Notes under the pieces: model-generated
The model's input: only the letters and a program-made list of their open reading frames with translations
What the model was told of the DNA's origin: nothing
Database searches by the model: none
Origin: a bacterium
Lineage (GTDB): Bacteria; Zhuqueibacterota; Zhuqueibacteria; Residuimicrobiales; Krinioviventaceae
Length of the DNA stretch: 64,000 bases
Direction: 5' to 3'
Assembly: GCA_963675755.2 (NCBI GenBank)
Contig: CAXXMD010000002.1
Coordinates: 1,824,001-1,888,000, forward strand
Shown here: piece after piece, positions 50,098 to 60,576 of the stretch
Layout of the letters: every line of letters begins with the position of its first letter
Position numbering within the stretch: position 1 is the stretch's first letter
Program-made: the position numbers and the translations under genes

Positions 50098-53000
50098 CTA
50101 TCGAATCAAGATCATTTTTTTAGTATCTGTAAAATGACCTGCAGTTATTTTGCAAAAATAAACTCCACTCCCCACCTGTTGACCATATTGGTCGGTTCCA
50201 TTCCACTGCAATTCATAGACACCTGCGTTTTGTCTACTGTTTTGCAAAGTATTAACCCGCTGGCCATTCATATTATAAACGGACAACTCTACATTCGACG
50301 CTTGAGACAAGCTGTAGCTGATAGTAGTTACAGGATTAAACGGATTGGGATAATTCTGGTTCAGCACAAACGCATCAGGGGTGCTGCTGTTATCGCCTTC
50401 TATCAATACAGGAATTCCGGAGGATAATCGTACATCCCCAACCATATCACCGTGATTGCCGTTAATAGACAAGTCACGCACATCATTGGCTCCCGGTTCA
50501 CCAACGCCCAGATCTTCCAGTTCGTCAAAACGCCAGTAACCGATCAGACCATAACTATCATCCTTGTAAAATTCTTCAGGTAACGGATCGTACATATATT
50601 CGGTAACAAACCATGGAGAGCGGTCATGATTCCAAATACGCACCTCGTCAATCAGGCCTTGAAAATACTGACTAGGAATACCTTGACGGCTTCCAACCCA
50701 AAATTCCTGATAAAGAGTATTAACATCACCAATCGCTCCATCCGCCCAATACCCCTGGTACCGGCTGCCGTTCTTGTTTGCAAAATAAAAAGCCATTTCG
50801 TCGGATATAGATTTATAAACAAATGTGATATGCGTCCACATCGAGTCCGGAGCAATAAAGCCGGTATTTTGCCAGCCCCATCCCGGTTCTGTATTTGCAA
50901 TTGAAAAATGTATAGAACCATCCGGGAACCGTGCAACTTCCAGCACACCTTCCAAATTGAAAACAATACCGCCCATAGTGGGATACCCTCCCGGTCCGGT
51001 AGGATAGATCCAGCTTTCAATTGTAAAAGCATCGGATGGCAGTTCCACGTTGGCACCCATGTTCACATAGCCCATCTCGTCATTATCACTCAACACTACC
51101 GCATTGCCCGGCAATTCATTTTCATAGCTAAAACTGAACGAACGGTTCGCTGTATATAATGCAAAACCACCGCCAAAACCGATGCTTCTGTCGGTATCGG
51201 GACGGGAGTTGTTCTTGACCGCCATAACATTTACTTTTTTCCAATCCGGATCTACTGTCACAATCCCCTGGGCACCGGGACTGGTAAGCGCAAAATTCGT
51301 CCCCCAACTGACCTGATAAGGTGTTCCGGTCAGGTCAACATTGGCATATGCTGTATCTAAATGACTGTAGGTCAGGTTTACACTCCCGTAAAGGGGCCTT
51401 CCCGAATAAGGTTCAAAATAGCTGTGAATGGTTTCGGTTTGGGTAAATGTGGTATCCCCTTCTTTAATTGCCAGGTCTGCGGCTTCAATTTCAATCTTGG
51501 TATAGTGGGTGCGCCAATAATCGGTATCTTCCAGCCAGTCCGCATAATTCACTTCCGGGCCTGTCTCTGGCAGAGATAAAAATGTTTTTGCAGTCTCCAG
51601 GCTGTCGCCGGTTTCAGTATCGTAAAACAGACAATATAGCAAGACCGGGGCATTCTGAAAATAATCTCCGGAATTGATCCAAAAATTTCCACCGGGATTG
51701 GGTAAAAACCGACTGTACATTCTTACATCCTCGGCACTGTTATAAATAGCCGGAAAGGTAATGGATTTTGTAACCTGATCGCCGCGAGCATTTCTTACAA
51801 CAACTTTTCCCGCACCTTCCGGAACCGTTGTAAAAGGCTCGGCATTGACATAGAACCCATATTCATTTTTAACGAGGTCAACCTCATGCTCATACCCATA
51901 CATAGGAACGGTTGCCGTTACCCGGGATATGGGGAATTCACCCGGAATGATACTCACCAAGGCACGACTGTATGACGAGGTATCTCCCGGCAAGCTGGAA
52001 AAAGAAGCCATATTTACCTCGGGTGCATTGTTATCTCCGGGACTTGTAAGCACCATCCTTGTATTGGGGTATGTGCGCAAATTCAGCATATCATTGGGTC
52101 TGCCCGCGTTCTCCCATTCATCAATGACATTTTGCGAAGATGAAGACACGTACCATTCATCAGGATAAGCACGTCCTTCAATACGGGTGCCGTTCGGGCC
52201 GTCTTCCACATCCAGAATACGTTTTAAAACCGTTTTCAAACTGTAAGCGGGGTCCCAGCGGTTCCAGCCGGTAAACACCTGGTGGCGTTTGGGTTCCTGA
52301 CTTCCGATAATTGTAATCACATCCATAGAGACCAGCTCAATCTCACTGATGTAATTGTTCCATGATTTGGTGATCTCGTTGTTCTCGTTCCCAATGGTTA
52401 CCACTTCGGCAGATACCTGGGTTACATCAAGACTTAGCGGGGTACCCAGTTGAATGGCCCGAAGCTCTTCCATGGTCACATAAATATCATGACCATTTGC
52501 CTGTCCTACATTGATGGTACCGGTAACAGGGTAACGGCTGGTAGAAGTCCCAGCCGGAGTAAGGCTCTCTGCCTGCGGCAAGGTAAAGGTCTCTATTACC
52601 TTGTCACCCAGCTTTAAATTAACTGTGGGGACCACATCCAGAGCACTTACCGCACCGGTATTTTCTATAAAGACTTGCAGTTCAAGACGCGCCGCTTTAT
52701 CCGGTTGTGTGGTACGGGCACTGTTCCAGTTCATCTCGCTGCTGGAAGTTGTACTATTGCTATAAGACCAGGTTTCGGAAACGGATTCAGAATACTGCGC
52801 GTTACTATTCAAACCACCGGTACCGATTTCGACTCCGGTCGATACTTCCTGGGTAAAGGTACTGGAATTGGATGTTTCATTGGTATAAGCGGTACCCTGT
52901 GCCCCGCCGTGTGAATCCGTAATGGTATCGGTTGGGTACACATCATACTCGGCCATTTTCACCACAATACGCGGACGGGCTGCTACCAGAGGATCATCCT

Positions 53001-53370
53001 CAGGTGGATACACACCTGCCGGTAAATTGGCGCCGGTGGCTTCGGTATAATCGTCATACGGATCGCCGTCGGTGCTGGCACGCCGCCAGTCTGTAATATA
53101 AAAAGTCTTGCTGCTGTCACCATCCCAGGGGACGATGTTGCCGCTTTCTACCATAAACCCGTTTTCTTCAAGAGCTGTGGTAATTCCATCAAAATCAGGA
53201 TCATCATCCGCTTTGACCAAAATGATGGAACCATCCGCATCTGTAACAGGGATCATTCCATTCTCATCCGGGACTTTGGCAGAAAAAACCGGTACTGAAA
53301 GAACTAATAAAGTGAGAATCCATTGACGTGGATGAACATATATCTTGTACAGTAATTTTATGTACTTCAT
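50098..53370 (-). CDS. Binary-toxin-B / anthrax protective antigen-like protein with GON-like, LamG and CTD domains
   Basis: DPDFDGITTALEENGF..STDGDPYDDYTE..PLVAARP; Ser/Thr-rich hairpin; AARLELQVFIENTG..DVVPTVNLKLG..RYP; LamG FTIESWI..GLIDEVRIW; NYPNPFNP; GGAG RBS before Met 53370. Confidence 0.8.
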   Translation of the reverse strand: MKYIKLLYKIYVHPRQWILTLLVLSVPVFSAKVPDENGMIPVTDADGSIILVKADDDPDFDGITTALEENGFMVESGNIVPWDGDSSKTFYITDWRRASTDGDPYDDYTEATGANLPAGVYPPEDDPLVAARPRIVVKMAEYDVYPTDTITDSHGGAQGTAYTNETSNSSTFTQEVSTGVEIGTGGLNSNAQYSESVSETWSYSNSTTSSSEMNWNSARTTQPDKAARLELQVFIENTGAVSALDVVPTVNLKLGDKVIETFTLPQAESLTPAGTSTSRYPVTGTINVGQANGHDIYVTMEELRAIQLGTPLSLDVTQVSAEVVTIGNENNEITKSWNNYISEIELVSMDVITIIGSQEPKRHQVFTGWNRWDPAYSLKTVLKRILDVEDGPNGTRIEGRAYPDEWYVSSSSQNVIDEWENAGRPNDMLNLRTYPNTRMVLTSPGDNNAPEVNMASFSSLPGDTSSYSRALVSIIPGEFPISRVTATVPMYGYEHEVDLVKNEYGFYVNAEPFTTVPEGAGKVVVRNARGDQVTKSITFPAIYNSAEDVRMYSRFLPNPGGNFWINSGDYFQNAPVLLYCLFYDTETGDSLETAKTFLSLPETGPEVNYADWLEDTDYWRTHYTKIEIEAADLAIKEGDTTFTQTETIHSYFEPYSGRPLYGSVNLTYSHLDTAYANVDLTGTPYQVSWGTNFALTSPGAQGIVTVDPDWKKVNVMAVKNNSRPDTDRSIGFGGGFALYTANRSFSFSYENELPGNAVVLSDNDEMGYVNMGANVELPSDAFTIESWIYPTGPGGYPTMGGIVFNLEGVLEVARFPDGSIHFSIANTEPGWGWQNTGFIAPDSMWTHITFVYKSISDEMAFYFANKNGSRYQGYWADGAIGDVNTLYQEFWVGSRQGIPSQYFQGLIDEVRIWNHDRSPWFVTEYMYDPLPEEFYKDDSYGLIGYWRFDELEDLGVGEPGANDVRDLSINGNHGDMVGDVRLSSGIPVLIEGDNSSTPDAFVLNQNYPNPFNPVTTISYSLSQASNVELSVYNMNGQRVNTLQNSRQNAGVYELQWNGTDQYGQQVGSGVYFCKITAGHFTDTKKMILIR

Positions 53371-53843
53371 AATAATACTCCGTTTGGGTGACAATTAAAT
53401 GAATTGGGTTCAAGAATCATTAAACAGAGTAAAGCGGGGGTTTATTCAACGCCAGAGTGAGATAAATCACATTTGCGTAAAATACAACAGAGTGAAAAAA
53501 TTCAATAATTTATTCTAAACAAACCTAGATAGTACAATTTTTTAGCTTTATTTGAATTTAATTCAATTTAACATTGACTTTGCTAAAAAATTTTGTTTTA
53601 TTCAAACATATCTTTTTTAAAATCTAGTGGGAAACAAGAGTTAATGTTTGATATATGAAATATCAATTCAATAAAAGAATTTTCTTTTGCTGTTCTTAAT
53701 CTGGGTGGAATGAAAAATAATGCAATAGAGAAAAACATTATACCATTAACTGGCTACTATTCAAATAGGCTTTACGCCATAAAGAATTTAGAATAAAAAG
53801 ATTTATTATAACAATTGATATACTACTTTTGAAAGGGAAAAGC

Positions 53844-56303
53844 ATGAGAAACCTTTTACAAACATTCACAGTTGGGCTATTATTCATCGCACTTTTCTTG
53901 TTCTCAGTTCAAGGAATTACACAATCTGTCATTGACGAATTTACAGTTGAAAATGTTGCACATCTGGGTGGAGAACCCAACTGCGTTGTTAGCAATGGTA
54001 CCTATCTGTATTTTAGTCAGGCTTTGGACCTGAATGTATTATCATTCAATGACGGCTCCTTTCAAAAGCATAACGCGATAACTTTGGTTGATGGCCCGGA
54101 AAAAATGTTGCTTCAAGGAGACAAAATTTATGCTTTTAGTGAATGGAGCGACACCGGGATACAGATTATTGATATTTCTAATCCGCTATCCCCTGTACTG
54201 GATGCACAGGTGCCCATTGAAATCAATAGTTTTCAAGATGTTTGTGTTGATAGTGGAATTGTTTTTCTGGCCAGTGGTGACAGCTTGCAGATTTTATCCA
54301 TAGAGGATCCACAGAATCCAGCGTTATTATCTAACACAATGATTTCTGCCAATGGAGTTGCATTGATAGATTCATTTCTTTTTGTAGGTGGCAACGACAA
54401 TACAGTCATATATAACATTTCCAATCCATCTACGCCCGCCAGAGTCAACGCTATCAACTCGGGACGTGTCAGATCGATTCAAATTTATAACAACTATGCC
54501 TATATTGCAACGGACCAATATCCCAATTATGGGATACTGATCTATGATATATCTGATCCACTCAATCCACAATATGTAAATATTATGGAAACTAAAATTG
54601 TTGAAGGAAACTCTACAACCTTTCTCAATCCTTTTATTTTTGCGATACAAGATGATTATATTTATGTTCCCTGTTCTGGTATGGATACCTATATTATTAT
54701 TGGGAACATATCTGATCCACAAAATCCCGTTATTGAAAGTCAGTATTTATATAGTGAAAATTCATACATGTACTTTTCATCCATTGCAGCAATTCCCAAC
54801 TATATTTCTGCAACTATTCCCTGGGGCAGCAATGCCGGCTTGACATTGATCAATGTATCTGATTCACAAAATCCTGCACATGCATCCAACTATCAGGAAC
54901 CGGTTAATTTAACTTCCATGGTAGCAAGTGGTGATACACTGTTTGTTTCTTCTTTTGAAGGTTTATGGATTTATAAATTTACAAATTTTGAAGAACCGGA
55001 CCCTGAATTGATTGCACATACGGAAGCGTTTAACGGATATATACGTATGGTAAAAAATGGCCAAAACATATATGCCATTAAGGACAGCTCAATATCAATT
55101 CTGGATGTAAATGATTTGAACAATATCACACTGGTCCATAAAACAAAACTTGATCAATCAACCCGTGCTTTACAGGTTGTTGATAATGATGTATATGTGA
55201 TCACAGGAATTGAGCAACCTGGGTTTTTATATCATTCTAATGTAAATCTGGAGGCCCCTGAAAGTATAGAATTTAAATCGATTCACGATCTACCCGGTGA
55301 TGGTCAGGATTTTGTTGTAAACGCAGATAGCATGGTTGCATATATCGCTTATTTTACGGACAATGATAACCACGGTATTGAAGTATTGGATATCAGCAAT
55401 CCGGATACTACAGAACTCTTGCAAACCGTTCCAACACAGGGCAAAGTCACCAGTATGTGTATGAATGATTCTTTGGTGGTAGCAGCCAGCCTCGATCCTG
55501 AATTAATAGGATTTGGCGTCCAAAATCAACCAAATCCGAATTTTCGAAATAAATCCAAAAATCTTCCAACGGTTAACAGTGAAGGTAATTACAAATATTA
55601 TCTGGATATATTTAAAATAGGATTTGATATTCATTTCAGATCCAGTCAATCAGATAATATTATAGAGGAAAATCAACGTGCTTATAATGCAGCGCTTGCA
55701 ATAAAAAGTACAGATGAAGGTGCGGGACTGATAACCGATATTATGTTCTGGAACGGACTGTTGGTTTACAGTATGGGGTATGTTGATCCCGGATTATATT
55801 TTGTATCATATGATTATTATGTGTTAACAACACTGGCAATTTGTTCTTCTTATATGCCTGCAATGCTAACACCCATGGCGAATATGTACAGCATGTTTGC
55901 CTATTTATGGTTTTCCATAGATGGATCATATTATCATGTTTATGGAGATATTTACGGTTATATGGGACTGTACATGCAATACGCCTGGTTGACTTTTGTT
56001 ACATCTGTGGAATCGGATAATGTTGACATACATCTGCCAACCATGTACAACCTCTCACAAAATTATCCCAATCCTTTCAACCCTTCCACCTCTATCGAGT
56101 TTAGTGTAAATAAACAGGATTGGGTAACCCTGCAAATATATGATATTCAGGGCCGTCTGGTACAGACTTTGGCCAATCAAGAATTTTCACCCGGCACATA
56201 TACCCGGACATTTGATGCAAAAGGGCTGGCTTCGGGTGTATATTTTTATCGTATCAAAGCCGGTAATTTTACCGCAGAGAAAAAAATGCTGCTGGTACGG
56301 TAA
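53844..56303 (+). CDS. Secreted LVIVD-repeat protein with CTD
   Basis: Repeats GIQIIDISNPLSP, YAYIA..GILIYDISDPLNP, GIEVLDISNP; NYPNPFNP CTD. Confidence 0.85.
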   Translation: MRNLLQTFTVGLLFIALFLFSVQGITQSVIDEFTVENVAHLGGEPNCVVSNGTYLYFSQALDLNVLSFNDGSFQKHNAITLVDGPEKMLLQGDKIYAFSEWSDTGIQIIDISNPLSPVLDAQVPIEINSFQDVCVDSGIVFLASGDSLQILSIEDPQNPALLSNTMISANGVALIDSFLFVGGNDNTVIYNISNPSTPARVNAINSGRVRSIQIYNNYAYIATDQYPNYGILIYDISDPLNPQYVNIMETKIVEGNSTTFLNPFIFAIQDDYIYVPCSGMDTYIIIGNISDPQNPVIESQYLYSENSYMYFSSIAAIPNYISATIPWGSNAGLTLINVSDSQNPAHASNYQEPVNLTSMVASGDTLFVSSFEGLWIYKFTNFEEPDPELIAHTEAFNGYIRMVKNGQNIYAIKDSSISILDVNDLNNITLVHKTKLDQSTRALQVVDNDVYVITGIEQPGFLYHSNVNLEAPESIEFKSIHDLPGDGQDFVVNADSMVAYIAYFTDNDNHGIEVLDISNPDTTELLQTVPTQGKVTSMCMNDSLVVAASLDPELIGFGVQNQPNPNFRNKSKNLPTVNSEGNYKYYLDIFKIGFDIHFRSSQSDNIIEENQRAYNAALAIKSTDEGAGLITDIMFWNGLLVYSMGYVDPGLYFVSYDYYVLTTLAICSSYMPAMLTPMANMYSMFAYLWFSIDGSYYHVYGDIYGYMGLYMQYAWLTFVTSVESDNVDIHLPTMYNLSQNYPNPFNPSTSIEFSVNKQDWVTLQIYDIQGRLVQTLANQEFSPGTYTRTFDAKGLASGVYFYRIKAGNFTAEKKMLLVR

Positions 56304-56324
56304 AAATTGATAACAATTCAATTT

Positions 56325-56360
56325 AAGGGCGTGTTTTATATTTGACACGCCCTTTTTTTT
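56325..56360 (+). terminator. Intrinsic terminator
   Basis: aagggcgtgt..acacgccctt followed by a T run. Confidence 0.8.
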
Positions 56361-56427
56361 GTTCTAAAAGTAAATAAAAATATCGGTTCAATGCTATTTC
56401 GGATGTTTAAATATTATCAAAACAACA

Positions 56428-56847
56428 CTAAACATCTTTTCCCAACCGCATGCGCTGAGCCAGCACCTCAGCCCGTTTGCCCACCTGCCGGTGCCATACA
56501 CTGTTCAGCATTTCATCTGCAGCGATGTCAAAATCCTTTTTATACATAGCAGCAAGCATACGTTTAAAGCCTGAAAATCGTGTTTTGCCCAAGTTGAATA
56601 CCATTTCAACCAACACTTCCCTGCGGGTATCATCCAAATCGTCAAATGCGGGGACAATGGAGCGTACATCCCGTAACGCGGTCTCGATATCCTCCGCAAG
56701 TATGTGCTCAATCACAGCATCGGACAAGGGCCGGGCTTCCAGATTATGCCCGTACCCGATGGTCCAGATGCCCAACGGGTCCTGATATGCGGTATTGCGC
56801 TTGCCTTCATGATTTTTAATGGATTGTATCAAATTTTGCATATTCAT
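56428..56847 (-). CDS. Phage lysozyme/endolysin (GH24, T4-like)
   Basis: HEG..AYQDPLGIWTIGYGH with E-x8-D-x5-T triad; MVFNLG; SVWHRQVGKRA. Confidence 0.9.
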   Translation of the reverse strand: MNMQNLIQSIKNHEGKRNTAYQDPLGIWTIGYGHNLEARPLSDAVIEHILAEDIETALRDVRSIVPAFDDLDDTRREVLVEMVFNLGKTRFSGFKRMLAAMYKKDFDIAADEMLNSVWHRQVGKRAEVLAQRMRLGKDV

Positions 56848-57030
56848 ACTGTTCTCCTCAATTTAACCACAGATAAACGCAGATTAACATTAAAGTATTT
56901 AATTTATGTATTTTTCTGCAAATGTCTGATTTTGAGTCAATCTTTAGTTTAGTATTTGTAAAACCGGGAACCTAGAGCATTCCCTAACGTTCAATATTAT
57001 GAGGTTTCATGTTGCCCTCCTCTCCAAATA

Positions 57031-57065
57031 TCGCCCACCTGAGTGACGGCTATTCAGGTGGGTGA
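57031..57065. terminator. Stem-loop between the small HTH gene and the lysozyme gene
   Basis: tcgcccacctgag / ttcaggtgggtga inverted repeat. Confidence 0.5.
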
Positions 57066-57071
57066 TTTGGT

Positions 57072-57260
57072 TTAGTGCCTGCCGTAATAAATATCTTCCA
57101 GTGTTGATGGTGCGTAACCGGTTTCATCCGACAGATCCATACAAGCTTGCTTGACATAACTTCGAACTCCGGCGTTCCATAATCTGACTGCATGATCATA
57201 CACCCTGCGGCGGATTGCATTATGCCGCTTTACCGTACTCTTTCTCTTTGGCATCGTCAT
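57072..57260 (-). CDS. Small basic phage protein, possible HTH
   Basis: ATGA-coupled to the terminase stop; LSDETGYAPSTLEDIYY HTH-like end. Confidence 0.6.
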   Translation of the reverse strand: MTMPKRKSTVKRHNAIRRRVYDHAVRLWNAGVRSYVKQACMDLSDETGYAPSTLEDIYYGRH

Positions 57261-58732
57261 CTCCCTTTGCTGATCCAGAACATACCTGTCCAATTGTCGT
57301 TTGTGTGTGGGTAAAATGTATTCAATACAGCATCCAGCCGGTCCGGCGAACGTCCCAGCCGGGTGATGATCTTTTCCTTGCTTTCGATCTGGATTTTCCC
57401 ATTCGATTGTACCACATATTGCGGAGCAGTAATTTCCTGCAGTAATGCGTCATCCGGGGGTAACGCCAGTTTTATCTCTCCGGCAGGGTCCAAAGCATCC
57501 CGCAATGCCCAGTGCAGCCAAGCGCGCATATTCACAAACTGACGCTCTCCTGTTACATCGCCAAGATCCTGCGCGGATTCCGATCCTTTCACACTGACAG
57601 CATTTACATTCTGCTCCTTTAATCGCGCGTAGACACCGGCCCCCTCACCGATCGTATCAACAAACGCAGTATCTTCATCCACCCGCAACTCATTACAAAT
57701 CCGCCCCGATACCGCCATCGCATCGAGCTTGGAATATACCGAAATGCTTTCAATCACCTGTTCATATCGTCTTGCAAAACAGGTCGAGTCCCTTCCCATA
57801 CCAGCCACATCAACACCCAAACGCATAAAGCCCTGCTTGCGCTCGGTTTCATTCATCTGCCGCCAACGCTGCTGCGCGGCCTCTACCCAGGCAACAGGTA
57901 TGAGCTGTCCCTCTGCTTCTTTGGGAAACTCACCCAGCACCTTGACCCTGAATAAATCGTTGGGACGATACCACTGCCCCTTGAAAGGAAAATCCATCAT
58001 TCCCGCATCGATTTCATCAGCAGAGATTTTACGGCACCAGGATTCAACCCGCTCTTTTACCCAGGTATAATCCACCTGACCGGGTACCAGTGTTTTACGG
58101 GCACGCACATTTACCGCATTCAAACTGCTCAGCTTGAATTTGCTGTACAAGGGACTGGTTACGCTTTTATACGCCTCCCCCGAGGTCCGCACCGGATTAA
58201 AGATAAGCAGCAGTCGCGAGTCGCCGGTCAGCAATCCCTCAATAGCTTCAAATGTCTCCTCCGCCAGACCGCTGGCTTCGGTTACCACCACCAAAATATT
58301 GGGCGAGTGGTACCCGGTCCACGATTCCACTGCCTTGTCCCCGGCTTTAAATCCCTCCAGAAACCAATTGGGCTCACCGTCAAACTTTATTCGGGTTGCG
58401 GTTACGCGTCCCCCCAGCGGTACCAGTGCATTTTTGTGCAGCCTGCCAATCTCAGTCATCATAATGGATGTTACCTGACGCTGTGTAGGCGCGGTATTGA
58501 TAACCTTGGATGGATAATGCAAATATAGAAAACATAGCGAAGCCACTGCCGCGGTAAAATCTTTGCCGCGGGCATGTCCCGAACGTACAGAAACACGGCG
58601 CCCATGCTGCAAGGCGCTGATAATCCTTCGCTGCTGCCGGTCCAATCGCACCCCCAGAATCTCTCGCACAAAGGCGTTCCAGTCCTGCTGATAGTGATGA
58701 AATAGTGCCCGGTCCTTATCCTCTATCCGCAT
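57257..58732 (-). CDS. terL: Phage terminase large subunit
   Basis: Walker A SGHARGKD, TAPTQRQ, Walker-B-like VVVTEASG, FNP, VLGEFP; nuclease LGVDVAGMGRD, DTIGEGAGV, SPDRLDA. Confidence 0.9.
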   Translation of the reverse strand: MRIEDKDRALFHHYQQDWNAFVREILGVRLDRQQRRIISALQHGRRVSVRSGHARGKDFTAAVASLCFLYLHYPSKVINTAPTQRQVTSIMMTEIGRLHKNALVPLGGRVTATRIKFDGEPNWFLEGFKAGDKAVESWTGYHSPNILVVVTEASGLAEETFEAIEGLLTGDSRLLLIFNPVRTSGEAYKSVTSPLYSKFKLSSLNAVNVRARKTLVPGQVDYTWVKERVESWCRKISADEIDAGMMDFPFKGQWYRPNDLFRVKVLGEFPKEAEGQLIPVAWVEAAQQRWRQMNETERKQGFMRLGVDVAGMGRDSTCFARRYEQVIESISVYSKLDAMAVSGRICNELRVDEDTAFVDTIGEGAGVYARLKEQNVNAVSVKGSESAQDLGDVTGERQFVNMRAWLHWALRDALDPAGEIKLALPPDDALLQEITAPQYVVQSNGKIQIESKEKIITRLGRSPDRLDAVLNTFYPHTNDNWTGMFWISKGR

Positions 58733-59156
58733 GTATCCCCTTGACCAGATCTGAAAAGGTTACCTGCACCTCGCTGCTTACCTGTTTGGGGGAATCAATG
58801 CCCAGCAGTTCGCAACGCTTGTTAATGCACCACTGTACCCCCTGCAAATAACGGGGATTCCCCCCTTTTATTACTGCAATCTCATTGTTTTCGTTATTCA
58901 TATTCCCCTCTCCGGTAGAATGTTTCCAAGCGGACCAGTATTCCTGCTGCAACTGGTCTATACGCGCCAACTCGCAGCTCTTTGCCAGATGAAAATCCAT
59001 CAAAGCCGAACCGCGCCATTGTTCATTGAGTTCTTTTAAATACCGGCTTACCGTTGCCTGCGATATACCCAGTTCTTGTGCAATTTCAGACTGGTTATAA
59101 TGCTTGTACAGGTACAACTCGGCCATTCGCTTTATATTGTGCGTTTTACGCCCCAT
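58716..59156 (-). CDS. terS: Probable terminase small subunit
   Basis: N-terminal HTH NQSEIAQELGISQATVSRYL; C-terminal KRCELLGIDSP; overlaps the terL start. Confidence 0.7.
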   Translation of the reverse strand: MGRKTHNIKRMAELYLYKHYNQSEIAQELGISQATVSRYLKELNEQWRGSALMDFHLAKSCELARIDQLQQEYWSAWKHSTGEGNMNNENNEIAVIKGGNPRYLQGVQWCINKRCELLGIDSPKQVSSEVQVTFSDLVKGIHADRG

Positions 59157-59437
59157 TACTGCACCTGCAAATCCAGATTACGAATGATACGGTCGCTTTC
59201 CAGATAATCATCAATATATCGCTGTTTTGCCCACTCGAACGTAGGTACCTGTGCCGGCGGTACCCAGCACCAACGGTTTTCGATCTCTCCGGGACGGTCA
59301 TCCATTTCAGCAGGACGATAAACACACTCGCCCGATTGACGCATAACATTCACAAATGTGGGATACGCAGACGCCCGCCTGTCATTTTTTTCAGAACGAA
59401 AATAGAGTCCGCCATTGGATTGTCTTAAAATATTCAT
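59156..59437 (-). CDS. Hypothetical protein
   Basis: AAGGGG RBS; stop overlaps the terS start; no recognised motif. Confidence 0.6.
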   Translation of the reverse strand: MNILRQSNGGLYFRSEKNDRRASAYPTFVNVMRQSGECVYRPAEMDDRPGEIENRWCWVPPAQVPTFEWAKQRYIDDYLESDRIIRNLDLQVQ

Positions 59438-59582
59438 ACACATCCCCTTTCGGTTACACCATACACTTTTCAAGAGACAACAGGTTGCCGCCCGAAAATC
59501 CAATGTTGAAATTTTAGTGGTTACTGCTAAACTGCAAGACTAACTGCAAAAGAAAGGAATTACAACCCCACGGAATGTTCCG

Positions 59583-60524
59583 TTATCCTCTTTTTAAAAC
59601 AAAACGCCGACTGCCGGGGCGGCTTTCGGTATAGGCATTGTACAATGACGGGAAATCCTGTTTAAAACGTTGATTATCAAATCGCACACTGTCTTTACTT
59701 TGACGCCAGGTTACTAGCGCATCATCCCCATCTTTGAGCACCGACGCGTCTTTCATCAACAATTTAATTTGCTGCTCAAGATCAGATTTTTGGGAGCCAA
59801 GTTCAGCCAATTGACGGGTTACATCTGTCAGCCTCTCCAATGTTTCAAAAGTGGTATCATCTACCTGTACACACTTTTCAGGATTTACCCTGGGCCAGAG
59901 CGTACGGATATCACTCTCATTGCTGGGTTCGGGAGGCACTCTTTTTTCAACATGATTGTGCCAGAAATCCAGCAATTGCTCCCTCATTAACGCAATGTAT
60001 TCCGCATCATACACAACCGGAATATCCTTGAGATCATACCCATCCACCAGCACGGCCACTCGTCCCCACTTGTGACCGGTCACATGCAGATAGTGCATGA
60101 TCTGACAATAGGTATCCGGCGGCAGGCCATTATCCTCCCAGCGTTTGAAATTGAACCCGGAAGTGGTCTTGACTTCCAAAACTCCGGCCCCCCGGTCATC
60201 ATTCGTTGCCGAGATCAACCGGTCGATATTTGCCAATAACACCGGATATTGTGAATGAAAACGCACCTTGTTATCCCGCCTGACTTTGCATCCATTCTCC
60301 AATGCCCACCACTGCGCTACCACATCCTCTAACAAACGCCCGGCTTTCATGCGAGCGTTTTCCTGAACGGGTTTGGATTGACCGATTTTCTCCAAATACA
60401 CATCCACCGCAGTTTTGTAAGGAGACAATCCCAAAATAGCGGCGACATCCGTTCCGCCAATGCCTGTGCGACGTACTTTTAGCCAGGATTCTTTGTTCAT
60501 TGATACTGTTGAAAGATAAGCCAT
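59583..60524 (-). CDS. YqaJ-like viral recombinase (lambda-exonuclease family)
   Basis: WLKVRRTGIGGTDVAAILGLSPYKT, GRLLE, ANIDR, LEVKT, YCQIMHYL, FW..V..RVPP, SRRF. Confidence 0.9.
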   Translation of the reverse strand: MAYLSTVSMNKESWLKVRRTGIGGTDVAAILGLSPYKTAVDVYLEKIGQSKPVQENARMKAGRLLEDVVAQWWALENGCKVRRDNKVRFHSQYPVLLANIDRLISATNDDRGAGVLEVKTTSGFNFKRWEDNGLPPDTYCQIMHYLHVTGHKWGRVAVLVDGYDLKDIPVVYDAEYIALMREQLLDFWHNHVEKRVPPEPSNESDIRTLWPRVNPEKCVQVDDTTFETLERLTDVTRQLAELGSQKSDLEQQIKLLMKDASVLKDGDDALVTWRQSKDSVRFDNQRFKQDFPSLYNAYTESRPGSRRFVLKRG

Positions 60525-60576
60525 ATACACCCCTTTTCCGGGCAGTGCCTGTAAACCTCCCCAAACACTCCCAATA

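Noticed and set aside
58270-58295. TerL inactivated by Walker B TE instead of DE
   Set aside because: All other motifs are intact and the catalytic Glu is retained; this may be a natural clade variant and needs an alignment to decide.
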